64,000 bases of DNA from positions 27,590,001 through 27,654,000 of the forward strand of contig OX597838.1 of the NCBI GenBank assembly GCA_951406725.2. The letters are read 5' to 3'. The notes under the pieces were generated by a model, which saw only the letters and a list, made by a program, of their open reading frames with translations, made no database searches and was not told the DNA's origin. The position numbers and the translations under genes are program-made. Of the stretch, positions 12,277 to 24,068 are shown piece by piece. How positions within the stretch are numbered: the first letter of the stretch is position 1; every line of letters starts with the position of its first letter. The DNA is from Octopus vulgaris (Eukaryota).

Positions 12277-13031
12277 CATCTCAACAGAGATATGGTAACA
12301 AAAGCGTTAATGTCCAAATCAACCAAATCTGGCTTCTTACACCTTTCAAGGTCATTCTAAAAATAAACCATCATGCCATCAAAATCTCAAAGCTATGAGA
12401 TAATGCATGATTAATTGAAATTAATGTGAATAAGAAAAGTATTATATTCGACAGAGTAATCTGAATGCTGAAGGGTTAAATTTGCCCTTCATCCTGTCCA
12501 ATGTGTGATTTCCTTATCAACTCTGAGTGCTGGTACAGTCTTATCTCCTTCCACCTGTCACACCCTGAACATTGTGCTGGATCACGGTCTCAAGGGTTAA
12601 GGGGTTGTCTATTCTGTGTCTCACAACTGCACAAGCACCAGAAACAATTAGAAAAAGCATGAGACACATATTAGCAGATCATCCCTATTTCCAAATGACA
12701 GCTGTAGTATTATCTATTCTGAGCAATAGAAACAAGATAAGCCATTGCAAAAACAAAAAAATTATTTGGGGACAGGCATGCCCCAGACCAGTCCTGATTA
12801 GTAATCTGATCTATAATCAGTGCTTGTCTGTATCAGTGACCATAGTTTTTCTTAATATAAAACTATATTTTCTAGTGAGTGAGTCAGTCATTTAATTTTT
12901 AAAGCAGTAGTTTATATATTGTGGGAAGGGATCTGTGGTTGTTCTTTCTAGCAAGTTGAATGACCACACTGTTGTTACCTTACCTCTTTGGCTTGTAAGT
13001 ACATGTAGAGAAATGCATCTTAAGAGAGCAT

Positions 13032-13290
13032 AGCATGGCTTCGCTTCGCGAACGAAGATCACGAAGGCTGTCCACGTTGCGTGCATGCACGCTCATGACT
13101 GACAAGTCCAATATGGGAAAGGCAGGTCCATGAGCAGTGTCCACAGACGAAGGTAACATCCAGTGTGGTGTCAGAGGCGGCTCGCGCCTTCCTCCTGTGT
13201 CTCTTGTCTTTAAATGTGTCTCTTTTTTGTCCGTCAAACTTGCTGACTGCGTTGAAGATCGTGAAGATAAGAGAGCCACCATAGTCATTT
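13032..13290 (-). mobile_element. RTE-group LINE 3' end with terminal zinc-knuckle-like motif
   Basis: ...RKARAASDTTLDVTFVCGHCSWTCLSHIGLVSHERAC, the CxxCxxxCxSxIGLxSHxRxC motif of RTE ORF C-termini. Confidence 0.75.
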
Positions 13291-13304
13291 AAAACACACA
13301 TATA

Positions 13305-13435
13305 CAGGGTATCCCAAAAAAATGTATACACATAGTGGTTCGGCAAAAGAGAACGATAGAATAAGTACTAGGCTTACAAAGAATAACAAATTTACAATTA
13401 TTTAAGGTGTGTATACATTTTTTGGGGACACCCTG
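13305..13435. mobile_element. Tc1/mariner-type MITE
   Basis: TA|CAGGGTATCCCAAAAAAATGTATACAC ... GTGTATACATTTTTTGGGGACACCCTG|TA. Confidence 0.75.
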
Positions 13436-14114
13436 TATATACACACACACACACACAGAGGTGTAAAGGTGGCTCTGTAGATAAGAAGCTCATTTTGCAG
13501 CAACATGGTTTTGAGTTCAGTTCCACTGCACAGCACCTTTCTACTATAGTCCTCAGCCTTTGAATGAATTTGGTTGATGGAAACTGTGTGGAAGCCTGTC
13601 ATGTGTATGTGTGTGTGTTTTTCTGTCAGTGTTAATTTGTTTACATCTCAGTAACTTAGCAATTGATCAGAAACTGATAGAAATACGTACCAGATTTAAT
13701 AAATATGTTCTATGGTTTATCTGTTCATCTGAAACCTTTCAAGATGGTGCCCCAGCATGGCCGCAGTCCTATGACTGAAGCAAGTAGAAAATAAGAGATA
13801 TGCACTGAACCATATGCACGTATACAGTTCTATCCAAGTTTATTTGATTTTGTAATAGTAGCAGCAGTAGTATCACTAACATTCAGTAGTGTTGCTCTTT
13901 CACTGGTCTCAGTCATTAAGCTGCTGTTATGCTGTGGCACCACCTTCAAGGGGTTTTTGTCAATTATATTGGACCCTGTATGCTGATTGATAGTTATTTT
14001 ATTGATCTCGGAGATGACCAAAGGGTGAAGTCAATCAGGTGAAAAGGAAGGTAACTCTCACAGATCAAATTACCACAATCAGCTTGAATCAGGGATTTTT
14101 TACTATTCTGTATC

Positions 14115-14158
<44 letters not shown>

Positions 14159-15705
14159 CTCCCTCTCTCTGTTTTTCTTGCTCCCTCTTTCTCTCTCCAT
14201 CTTTTTCTCTATTTCCCTCCCTCACATGCACACATTCACCCTTACGTACACCCTCACATATGCAAACCCAATACACACACACTCACGCACACACATTTAC
14301 TCTCAGTGCACATACAGATGCACATGTACATGCTCATCTACACACACATACACACACCTGTAAAAAGAAGTTGGAAGGTTGAGCCTCCAACCAGGCCTTT
14401 CACAATGCCCTTAAAGCCAGGCACTTTTCAGCACCCCCTCATGCATGTATGTATGTATATATATCTTTTACTTGTTTCAGTCATTTGACTGCGACCATGC
14501 TGGAGCACCGCCTTTAATCGAGCAACTCGACCCCGTGACTTATTCTTTTGTAAGCCCAGTACTTATCCTATCGGTCTCTTTTGCTGCACCGCTAAGTAAT
14601 GGGGACATGTATATACACACATACACACACACGTGCCCAATCACTGATTGGAGGACAGAATCTCCAGCTTCTATATCGATGTGAAAATTCTTGCACCTTT
14701 CTATATGTGGCAGAATTTGTAAAGCGTTGGACAAAATACCTTCCAGTATTTAGGTATGGCCCTTTGTTCTGAGTTCAAATCCCAAGAATTGTGTTGATTA
14801 CATTAACTATAACCTCACCACACACACACACATTTTCTGGTTTTGTGCCAATGTTGAAACTGGATATTTCTAAGTATTTTGATCTCCGATGACCTGTGAA
14901 TACGTCTTGGGCATTTCTCTTGAAAACCCCGTGTTTGGCTGTGATATTTAAAGTAAAATTTTTATACACTTGAAATATCTGAAGTGGTAACATGAATTGG
15001 AGTATGAAAATAGCCTGAATGCTTTTCCGCGACCAACATGAAAGCTGCGTTTCACACTTTAACGAGGAAGGGATATATGATTCAGAAATAATTCTTTGTT
15101 AATTAAGCATGAAAGGCATTAAGCAAGTTAATTGTCTCGAACAGACACTGACTTGCGTAGCACATGACTCCACAGCGAGATACTAATGCTGCAATGCATA
15201 GGGTATCACAGAGTTCAGTACGGTAGGTAGCCAGAAGCTAGTCGGAGATAATTACAGTGAGAACCAATCTAATAAAGGTCTACTGCTGACCTCATAAAAT
15301 ACAATTCATGCTTGCCAAATTGGTTGCCGCTCATCGGACATCTTGAAAGCATGGCTGTACAGTGTTGGGTTTGTGTTGTGTTGGTTTCTTCTTCTTCTAC
15401 GTAATATTTCCCCACAACTGAAACATGTAAACCAAAAGTGAACGTGTAATCTTCTTGCCTCTCCTGGATTTTTTGTTACAATACCGCCCACCGCCGTTTG
15501 CTAGTAATGGCTACAAAGTCACGTAGTGACTGCAGCGGTGGTGGTAGTGGTAGTGGTGGTGGTGATGGTAGCATACCTGATTTATTGATCCTTTAGTTTG
15601 AAGTTAATGGAGAGTCTGAACGACTGATTGAATGAAGTCAACTGTAACAGGATATTATTTTCTAAATGTGCCTAAGATATATATATATATATATGTATAT
15701 ATATG

Positions 15706-15738
<33 letters not shown>

Positions 15739-16619
15739 GGGAGAGAGAGAGAGATTGATAGATGGAGAGATTAGTTATGGAGAGGATTAGAGAGAGTGAG
15801 CTAGGTAGATGGATAGATATACAGAGGGAGATAACGATAGAGAGTGGGCGATAGAGACAGAAAGTAGAGAGGGAGAGAGAGAGAGAATATGTCATCATAA
15901 ATTAGTATTATTTACATTACTGTGTTATCTTATTAAATAACTCTGTTTCAATATGGGGGCAGTGAAGGTGTAGAGGTGGTGGTTATGGTGGTGGGTGGGT
16001 GAAATAGTTGGGGATTTTTATCACTATCTGAATTGGCTGGTTGCTTACCACTTCCACTCATTCATCCACCCCTGCACCCACACGCTTTTTTCTCTCCGCT
16101 TCTCCTCATTGTCACCTGTACTGAGTCTGGGTTTTCTGCGCACCTGCACTCTTCCCACATCTGGTGACCATCATTCCTAATCCTTTCTCCCTGTGACACT
16201 GATCCCCTTATCATGAAATGTTCCCTTCCTGTAAAGATTCAAAGGTGGGGGAGAAATAGTTATAAGACTGCGACCCTACTGGGCCACCACCTTGAGGAAT
16301 CTTTTCTTTTAGTCAAATGAATTAATCCAGTACCTTTTTTTTTTAAAAGCTTGGTACTTATTCTATCAGTCTCTTTTGCTGAGCTGCTAGGTTTGATCAG
16401 CCTGAGGCGATAGTAGAAGGCACTTGCCCATGGTGGTGCACAGTGGGACCAAACCCAAAACCATGGGGTTGGGAAGCAAGCTTCTTACCCACACACAGCA
16501 GCCATGCCTGTGCATATTTCTGTATATATATATATAAATACGAATGTGTCTGTGTGTGTGTGCAGTGTATATATATAGTGTGTGAGTATGTATGTATATA
16601 TGTATATATATATATTATA

Positions 16620-17018
16620 GGCGCAGGAGTGGCTGTGGTAAGTAGCTTGCTTACCAACCACATGGTTCCGGGTTTAGTCCCACTGCGTGGCACCTTGGGC
16701 AAGTGTCTTCTGCTATAGCCTCGGGCAGACTATTACCTTGTGAGTGGATTTGGTAGACGGAAACTTAAAGAAGCCCGTCGTATATATGTATATATATATG
16801 TGTATGTTTGTGTGTCTGTGTTTGTCCCCCTAGCATTGCTTGACAACTGATGCTGGTGTGTTTATGTCCCTGTCACTTAGCGGTTCGGCAAAAGAGACCG
16901 ATAGAATAAGTACTGGGCTTACAAAGAATAAGTCCCGGGGTCGAGTTGCTCGATTAAAGGCGGTGCTCCAGCATGGCCGCAGTCAAATGACTGAAGCAAG
17001 CAAAAGAGTAAAAAGAGA
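16620..17018 (+). mobile_element. SINE family A
   Basis: Full-length copy. Confidence 0.9.
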
Positions 17019-17877
17019 GAATATATATATATAGGTATATATGTGTGTGTGTGTGTGTAATATAATATGAATTGTATGCGTTTTCTATGCTTGCATGGGT
17101 TGGACAGGTCTTTTCCAACACAGTGTCTTACCATTTGTTGCATTATTCTTTCTTTCATTGCTTGTCTGAGGTTCAGTCTCCTGAGATCAGACTTCAATAT
17201 TCCTGTCCATGCCTTCCTACCTCTTTCTCATCTACTGTCTCCTTCCACTTGGATCTCCTGTCACTTCTTTATCCAACCATTATGATCCATGTGCATTGCA
17301 TTAATCTCTCTTTTGCTTGTTATAACCAATTCCTCCTATACCCAGTCTATTTTTCACTTCATCTGTGTGTTAGTGTGTCATCATCTTCATTTTACATCCA
17401 TGTTGGTATGGCTTGGGCAGTTTGGCAAGAATCCAATTGAGTCAAAGGGTGGCATTGTGCTCCAGTGCCAGCTTCGGCATAATTTCTACAGCTGGACATC
17501 CTTCATAATGCCAACCCCTTCACAGAGTGTACTGGGTGCTTTTTCCATGTCCCCAGCACTAGTGAGGTTACCATGTAACTTGTGATTCAACAAACACAGG
17601 GAGGAACGATGCTGCATTCGTGTGTTAGGTGGGTTTAAGATATGAGAGAAGAGATGGTTGAACAGTTTATCCAGAAACAGCTGTAAAGTAATAGCAGCAC
17701 TTTCCTATCCATCGCTTTAAAGGTTTTCACCAGTGATCACATAGATTTTACTTATCCAACTAGCTTAAATCAACACATAGGGCATTTCAAATTCTCTTCT
17801 ACCCCATTTTAGAGCATTCCCATTTATGCTAAATCACTTTGAACTTTCACCCTTGATTCTTTCAGAGTTTCCTGCTA

Positions 17878-18239
17878 TACTCTTTTACTTGTTTCAGTCA
17901 TTTGATTGCGGCCATGCTGGAGCACCGCCTTTAGTCGAGTAAATCGACCCCAGGACTTATTCTTTGTAAGCCCAGTACTTATTCTATCGGTCTCTTTTGC
18001 CGAACCAGCATCGGTTGTCAAGTGATGTTGGGGGGACAAACACACATACATACATACATATATATATACATATATACGACGGGCTTCTTTCAGTTTCTGT
18101 CTACCAAATCCACTCACAAGGCTTTGGTCGGCCCGAGGCTATAGTAGAAGACACTTGCCCAAGGTGCCACGCAGTGGGACTGAACCCGGAACTGTGTGGT
18201 TGGTAAGCAAGCTACTTACCACACAGCCACTCCTGCGCC
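17878..18239 (-). mobile_element. SINE family A (internal deletion)
   Basis: Reverse-complement copy about 120 bp upstream of the numb exon. Confidence 0.9.
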
Positions 18240-18369
18240 TATGTTATTATATATTTGTATATCTTTGTTCTCTCTTCACTATGTTATATAGATATGTTAC
18301 AAATTGATTCGTGTTGTATATGTATTAATAAGTCGTCTTTCTGTTTGTCTTTGCAGGTGGACTAGCCAA

Positions 18370-18504
18370 ATGAAAATGGAGAAACTTAAGCGAAGCTTAA
18401 GCTTCCGCAAGAAAAAAGATCATGTCCCCGAGTGTTCTAAACCTCATCAATGGCTTGAGGACGAACGTAAAGTTCGGGAAGGGACATGTAGTTTTCAAGT
18501 GAAG
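18370..18504 (+). CDS. numb: Numb, first recognisable coding exon (exon 18357-18504; N-terminus and start of PTB domain)
   Basis: Translates [45 protein letters not shown], matching the conserved Numb N-terminus (LRxSFRxKKDxVPExSxPHQWxxDExxVRxGxCSFxVK). Acceptor tttgtctttgcag at 18344-18356; donor AAG|gtaaga at 18505, phase 0. Confidence 0.95.
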
Positions 18505-18690
18505 GTAAGACCTGTCTTCATAGCCTTTCTCTTTTCCTTCTAAAGTATTACATTTCCCATCTTGTTTGCCTGTCCATCTACCTTTTTGCTCTCATTCCTG
18601 TACCAGTTCTCATGCTTTTAACTCTCTCCTTCTCTCTCTCAGCTTTACTTCTCACTTTTTTCTTTCTCCATATCTTCCTCTTTCTCTCAC

Positions 18691-18900
18691 TCTCTTTTAC
18701 TCTTTACTCTCTTTTACTTGTTTCAGTCATTTGACTGCGGCCATGCTGGAGCACCGCCTTTAGTCAAGCAAATTGACCCCGGGACTTATTCTTTGTAAGC
18801 CCAGTACTTATTCTATCGGTCTCTTTTTGCCGAACCGCTAAGTTATGGGGACGTAAACACACCAGCATCAGTTGTCAAGCAATGCTAGGGGGACACACAA

Positions 18901-18935
<35 letters not shown>

Positions 18936-19106
18936 CATATATACGACAGGCTTCTTTCAGTTTCCGTCTACCAAATCCACTCACAAGGCATTGGTCGGCC
19001 CGGGGCTATAGCAGAAGACACTTGCCCAAGATGCCACGCAGTGGGACTGAACCCGGAACCATGTGGTTGGTTAGCAAGCTACTTACCACACAGCCACTCC
19101 TGCGCC
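18691..19106 (-). mobile_element. SINE family A
   Basis: Full-length reverse-complement copy. Confidence 0.9.
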
Positions 19107-19634
19107 TATCTCATCTGTGTATATACACACACACATCTGTTCATTGTATCTACTTCTTTTCCTCCTTTTCTCTCTCTCTTCTACCAAAATATCTTTCATA
19201 GCTATCATTTCTAATCATGACCCTGTAAAAAAAAAAGGGGCAAAAAAGAAAAGGTTATGTTGCATGAAGCAATAACTTTTTGAATCATAGATAATTCTAA
19301 TCCCTCTTTTATATTGGGCCCTATTAGAAACTATAGTGGACCTTATGAGAAATTATAGTGAACCCTAAAAGGAATTACAATGGATCCTATCAAGAATTAT
19401 AGTTCACTCTATCGTGAATTATAGCAGAAAATTACATTAAGCATGGACCCCACACACACACAGACATATAAAAGTTGGGGCAGGGTTGAATAAACCATTA
19501 GGGCCTAGTCAAAGCTAGTTCCAAAATAAATTTGATTTGACTGTTAAGTCCCCTCCTCCCCTTTGCCTTCCCCTTTGCTTAATATTCTGTTGCTATCCTT
19601 AAAGCTATACAATAACAAATAACAACTCGAAATT

Positions 19635-19684
<50 letters not shown>

Positions 19685-19689
19685 TATAC

Positions 19690-20086
19690 TTTACTTGTTT
19701 CAGTCATTTGACTGCGGCCATGCTGGAGCACTGCCTTTAGTCGAGCAAATCGACCCCGGGACTTATTCTTTGTAAGCCCAGTACTTATTCTATCGGTCTC
19801 TTTTGCCGAACCGCTAAGTGACGGGGAAGTAAACACACCAGCATCGGTTGTCAAGCAATGCTAGGGGGACAAACACAGACACACAAACACACACACATAC
19901 ATATATATACATATACATATATACGACAGGCTTCTTTCAGTTTCCGTCTATCAAATCCACTCACAAGGCATTGGTCGGCCTGGGGCTATAGCAGAAGACA
20001 CTTGCCCAAGATGCCACGCAGTGGGACTGAACCCGGAACCATGTGGTTGGTTAGCAAGCTACTTACCACACAGCCACTCCTGCGCC
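19690..20086 (-). mobile_element. SINE family A
   Basis: Full-length reverse-complement copy. Confidence 0.9.
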
Positions 20087-20117
<31 letters not shown>

Positions 20118-20131
20118 AATCTTTAGCAGAA

Positions 20132-20190
20132 GTAACTGAGTGACTCGAGGTTCAAGAGTTTCGTATGTTGGCACTTATCAAACTAGTTAC
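20132..20190 (-). ncRNA. Type I hammerhead ribozyme fold (U3-A8 core variant)
   Basis: Minus strand: GUAACU-AGU-UUGAUAA-GUG ccaaca UAC-GAA-ACUC uugaaccuc GAGU-C|ACU-c-AGUUAC. Confidence 0.8.
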
Positions 20191-20372
20191 AAGTCGAAGA
20201 CCTGTGGGTTTAGACAGGTCTTGATAAATATATTCCCTCTGGATTGTTCGAGATCAGATCATAATAATAAAAAAAAATTGTCACATGTAGAATTCAAATA
20301 GTTTGCCAGCTATGTATATACTTCCATAAGTCTGTATGTGTGTATATATATATATATATACACACACATAAG

Positions 20373-20410
<38 letters not shown>

Positions 20411-20442
20411 CACACACACACAGTCTATATATATATATGTAT

Positions 20443-20775
20443 AGAAAAAATAAGAAGGCTAACAGCAGGCTGTTTCACCTCATACCGAAGGAATTAGAAA
20501 TGGCAGTCAAAGACCGTTTTTCCAATTTCTATAAGTGGAGAATCCAAAAACGAAGGCCCTTACGGCTCACATACACAAAACCGGAGTGGCAAATATACGA
20601 AATCAATCACTTACCGTTCGTATATTTGCCACTCCGGTTTTGTGTATGTGAGCCGTAAGGGCCTTCGTTTTTGGATTCTCCACTTATAGAAATTGGAAAA
20701 ACGGTCTTTGACTGCCATTTCTAATTCCTTCGGTATGAGGTGAAACAGCCTGCTGTTAGCCTTCTTATTTTTTCT
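20443..20775. repeat. Perfect 159-bp inverted repeat, 15-nt spacer (probable Penelope-like inverted pLTR; element extends to about 20904)
   Basis: Arms 20443-20601 and 20617-20775 are exact reverse complements on base-by-base comparison; embedded in (TA)n. Confidence 0.9.
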
Positions 20776-21020
20776 TTACTATATACTGAACCTTACAAAG
20801 GTCTTGACAATTAATTTGTCGTATTTACATACCGAAATTTACCGGTAAATAATTGTTGGTTACATGATAAACCACAGGAAAATTATTTACCATTTTTATT
20901 GAATTATATATATGTATATATATATATTTACATACATATATGTCTATGTGTGTGTGTGTATATATATACATACACACACATATGTCTAAGTATAACTATA
21001 TATACATATATGTATATATA

Positions 21021-21210
21021 TCATCGTCAACATCGTTTAACGTCCATTTTCCATGCTAGCATGGGTTGGACGGTTCGACCAGGGTCTGGGGAGCCAGGGG
21101 GCTGCACCAGGCCCCAGTCTGATCTGGCAGTGTTTCTACAGCTGGATGCCCTTCCTAACGCCAACAACTCCATGAGTGTAGTGGGTGCTTTTTACGTGCC
21201 ACCGGCACGG
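21021..21210 (-). mobile_element. RTE LINE 3' UTR fragment
   Basis: Reverse complement of 2420-2605. Confidence 0.75.
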
Positions 21211-21214
21211 ACGC

Positions 21215-21259
<45 letters not shown>

Positions 21260-21307
21260 AGTCTATATATATCTGTGTGTGTATATATATATCTATATGA
21301 GTGTATG

Positions 21308-21383
<76 letters not shown>

Positions 21384-21733
21384 AATGTCTATATATATAG
21401 ACAGAGAGCGAGAGAGATGATTTCTGTTAAAATTGCATCTGACGTAATGTGTGGGTATATACAATTAACGCTCAAGTTGATTTACCACCTAATATTTATC
21501 TCTCACTGGTTAGAGCACTTTTTTTTTGTTGATCCTACCTATAACGGAGCAGTAAACTATATACGTATGTGTATATTTATTATTCTTAAGCAAGAATATT
21601 ATTGACTGTGACTTCAAAGAATAATAAATTGTTTTTGGAATAATAAATTTATACTCTACGAAAGTATAGAGTAACCCATTAGATTAATGTAAAATAGGTT
21701 TTATTATAACTAAATATAAGGAACAAAACATAC

Positions 21734-21778
<45 letters not shown>

Positions 21779-21846
21779 TACATACATACATACATACGTA
21801 TATATATATAAATACATACATACATATATATACATGTATATATATG

Positions 21847-21880
<34 letters not shown>

Positions 21881-22077
21881 CATACATACATATATATACA
21901 TGTATATATATGCACACACACACATATATACATATATATACATACATACATATATATATGCATGCATATATATACACACACACATACGTATATGTACACA
22001 CATACAGCAGTGAATCCTATAAAGAAAATACCACAGGGTGTCCCTCTGTCCCTATCCCCATTTCTTCACATTACAGT

Positions 22078-22147
<70 letters not shown>

Positions 22148-22836
22148 ATAAATATACACTCATGCACGCATGGTGCTTAATAAATGTAGATAGTTGAACG
22201 GATGGATATATAGAGTGAGTGAAATATATATATGTGTATATTTTTTATAAGGGCAACAAACTGATTCTCTGTATATTTTTTTCTTATTTTCTTTATCTCA
22301 AAAGTGAGATATCCATCTCTCACCTAAATAAGGTGCTGAGGGATTTAAAGGGCGGGGTGTTGGAAGAAGAAAGAAGAGATGGCAGCTTAATCAATCCAAG
22401 AAGGTGGGATTTGACTTCTGGAAATCTGTACTGAACCAGAAAATTTCAATTCCAACATTAATCATGGCCTGCTGCATCCACTCGCTCATCAATGAAATGG
22501 TTTATTAGAAAACATCCGTTCCTTATCTAAAAATAACCTTCAACCTTGAGGAGTACGCATATTATGTAGCATTATATGTGCTTCCTTTGGAGATGTGGCA
22601 ACACTTCCAGCATCATCAGCCAGCCACACCCACCCCTGCTGCTGCTGACACCACCCCGATGCCTTTCAGACTTCCCAAGACCTCTTTTGTGTGGTGTTGT
22701 TTTAACTTAATTTACCTGTTTCTTGAGAAGCTCATCTTCTTTTGAGATAATCACACCTGCATTCTCTCGAAACTAAACAAAAACACAGCAGCAAATGATG
22801 ATTCTTCTATTATTATTATAAAAATAAAAAGAATTA

Positions 22837-22869
<33 letters not shown>

Positions 22870-23421
22870 GAGTGAGAGAGCAGTGCATGCCTTCTAAGTG
22901 ACACAGGTACAAATATACGAAGCCCATTATACCCATCATGACTACCCGTGTGATAAGGGTACACCAGGCGCATGCATCACAACCATATGTGCACAACAAG
23001 GTGATCTCATATCAAGATAAACAGCACATGACCTTGCAGGTGGGGCCCAGTTAGAATTTTCTTCAGGTTGAGTAGCCTATCCCACTCAAAAGGTTCCTGA
23101 ATAAGGGTTGTTTAAGGATGTTGAGCGAAACACCTATGTTTCCAGAGGTGAATTATCCGAACCCCAAAGAATTCCTCTCAACACATGGCTATGATGTTCC
23201 CCCACTACTTCTACTTGTCATCAGAGATGCACATATCGTCAGCCACTATGGGTCATGCTCAACTGGTTATGGTCAAGCAATTGACAAGTAAATCTGTGGT
23301 ATTGAGCAGAATATTCACTGTAGCCCATCTTTTATACCAAGACAAAACATGTACATGATAGCACTTCCAATCAATTAAATTCAGAAGCCATGAGAGCCAA
23401 GGCGTGGTACTGCATCATGGC

Positions 23422-23422
<1 letters not shown>
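22870..23422. mobile_element. ~550-bp interspersed element inserted in (ATT)n
   Basis: Homologous end to end with 38411-38945; (ATT)n on both sides. Confidence 0.8.
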
Positions 23423-23468
<46 letters not shown>

Positions 23469-24015
23469 TCTTGGTATGTTTGAGATCCATGTCTACAGCG
23501 ATGAGAAGCAAAGTTGACCAAAATCAATACAAATAAAAAGCATAAGTAAGATTCTAGTGTTGCTATGAGGGGGGTGGGGTTGGTGTAAGTGTGTGGGGGG
23601 GGGACTTGGTGGTCAGTTTCAATCGACTGAAATGACCCACTCCCTCCACCTATAAAATTGACCATGCTTCTGGCTGGCTGAATAAATATAATTATAATAA
23701 TTTAATTGTATCATGGCAATAATATATGCACAAACACACATATTTAATTAGATAAAATAACAATTATATTAATGACATTTAGATTATAATTATATTATAT
23801 AATGAGTTTAGATATAATTGGGGGGTGGTTATTATTATTATTATTATTATTATTATCATTATTATCATTATTATTATTATTATTATTATGTGATGCCCAT
23901 CCCCACTTTCATTGTGTGTTTTCATCAGCATAATTGATGCCATACTGGAGCTCTGCCTTTGTGTCTATATTCTTTGTTCATCTCTAACAACTTACAATAA
24001 AGATTATTATTATCG

Positions 24016-24068
<53 letters not shown>

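Noticed and set aside
21679-22119. YIYI/CVCV/HTHT ORFs here and throughout
   Set aside because: Dinucleotide microsatellite translations.
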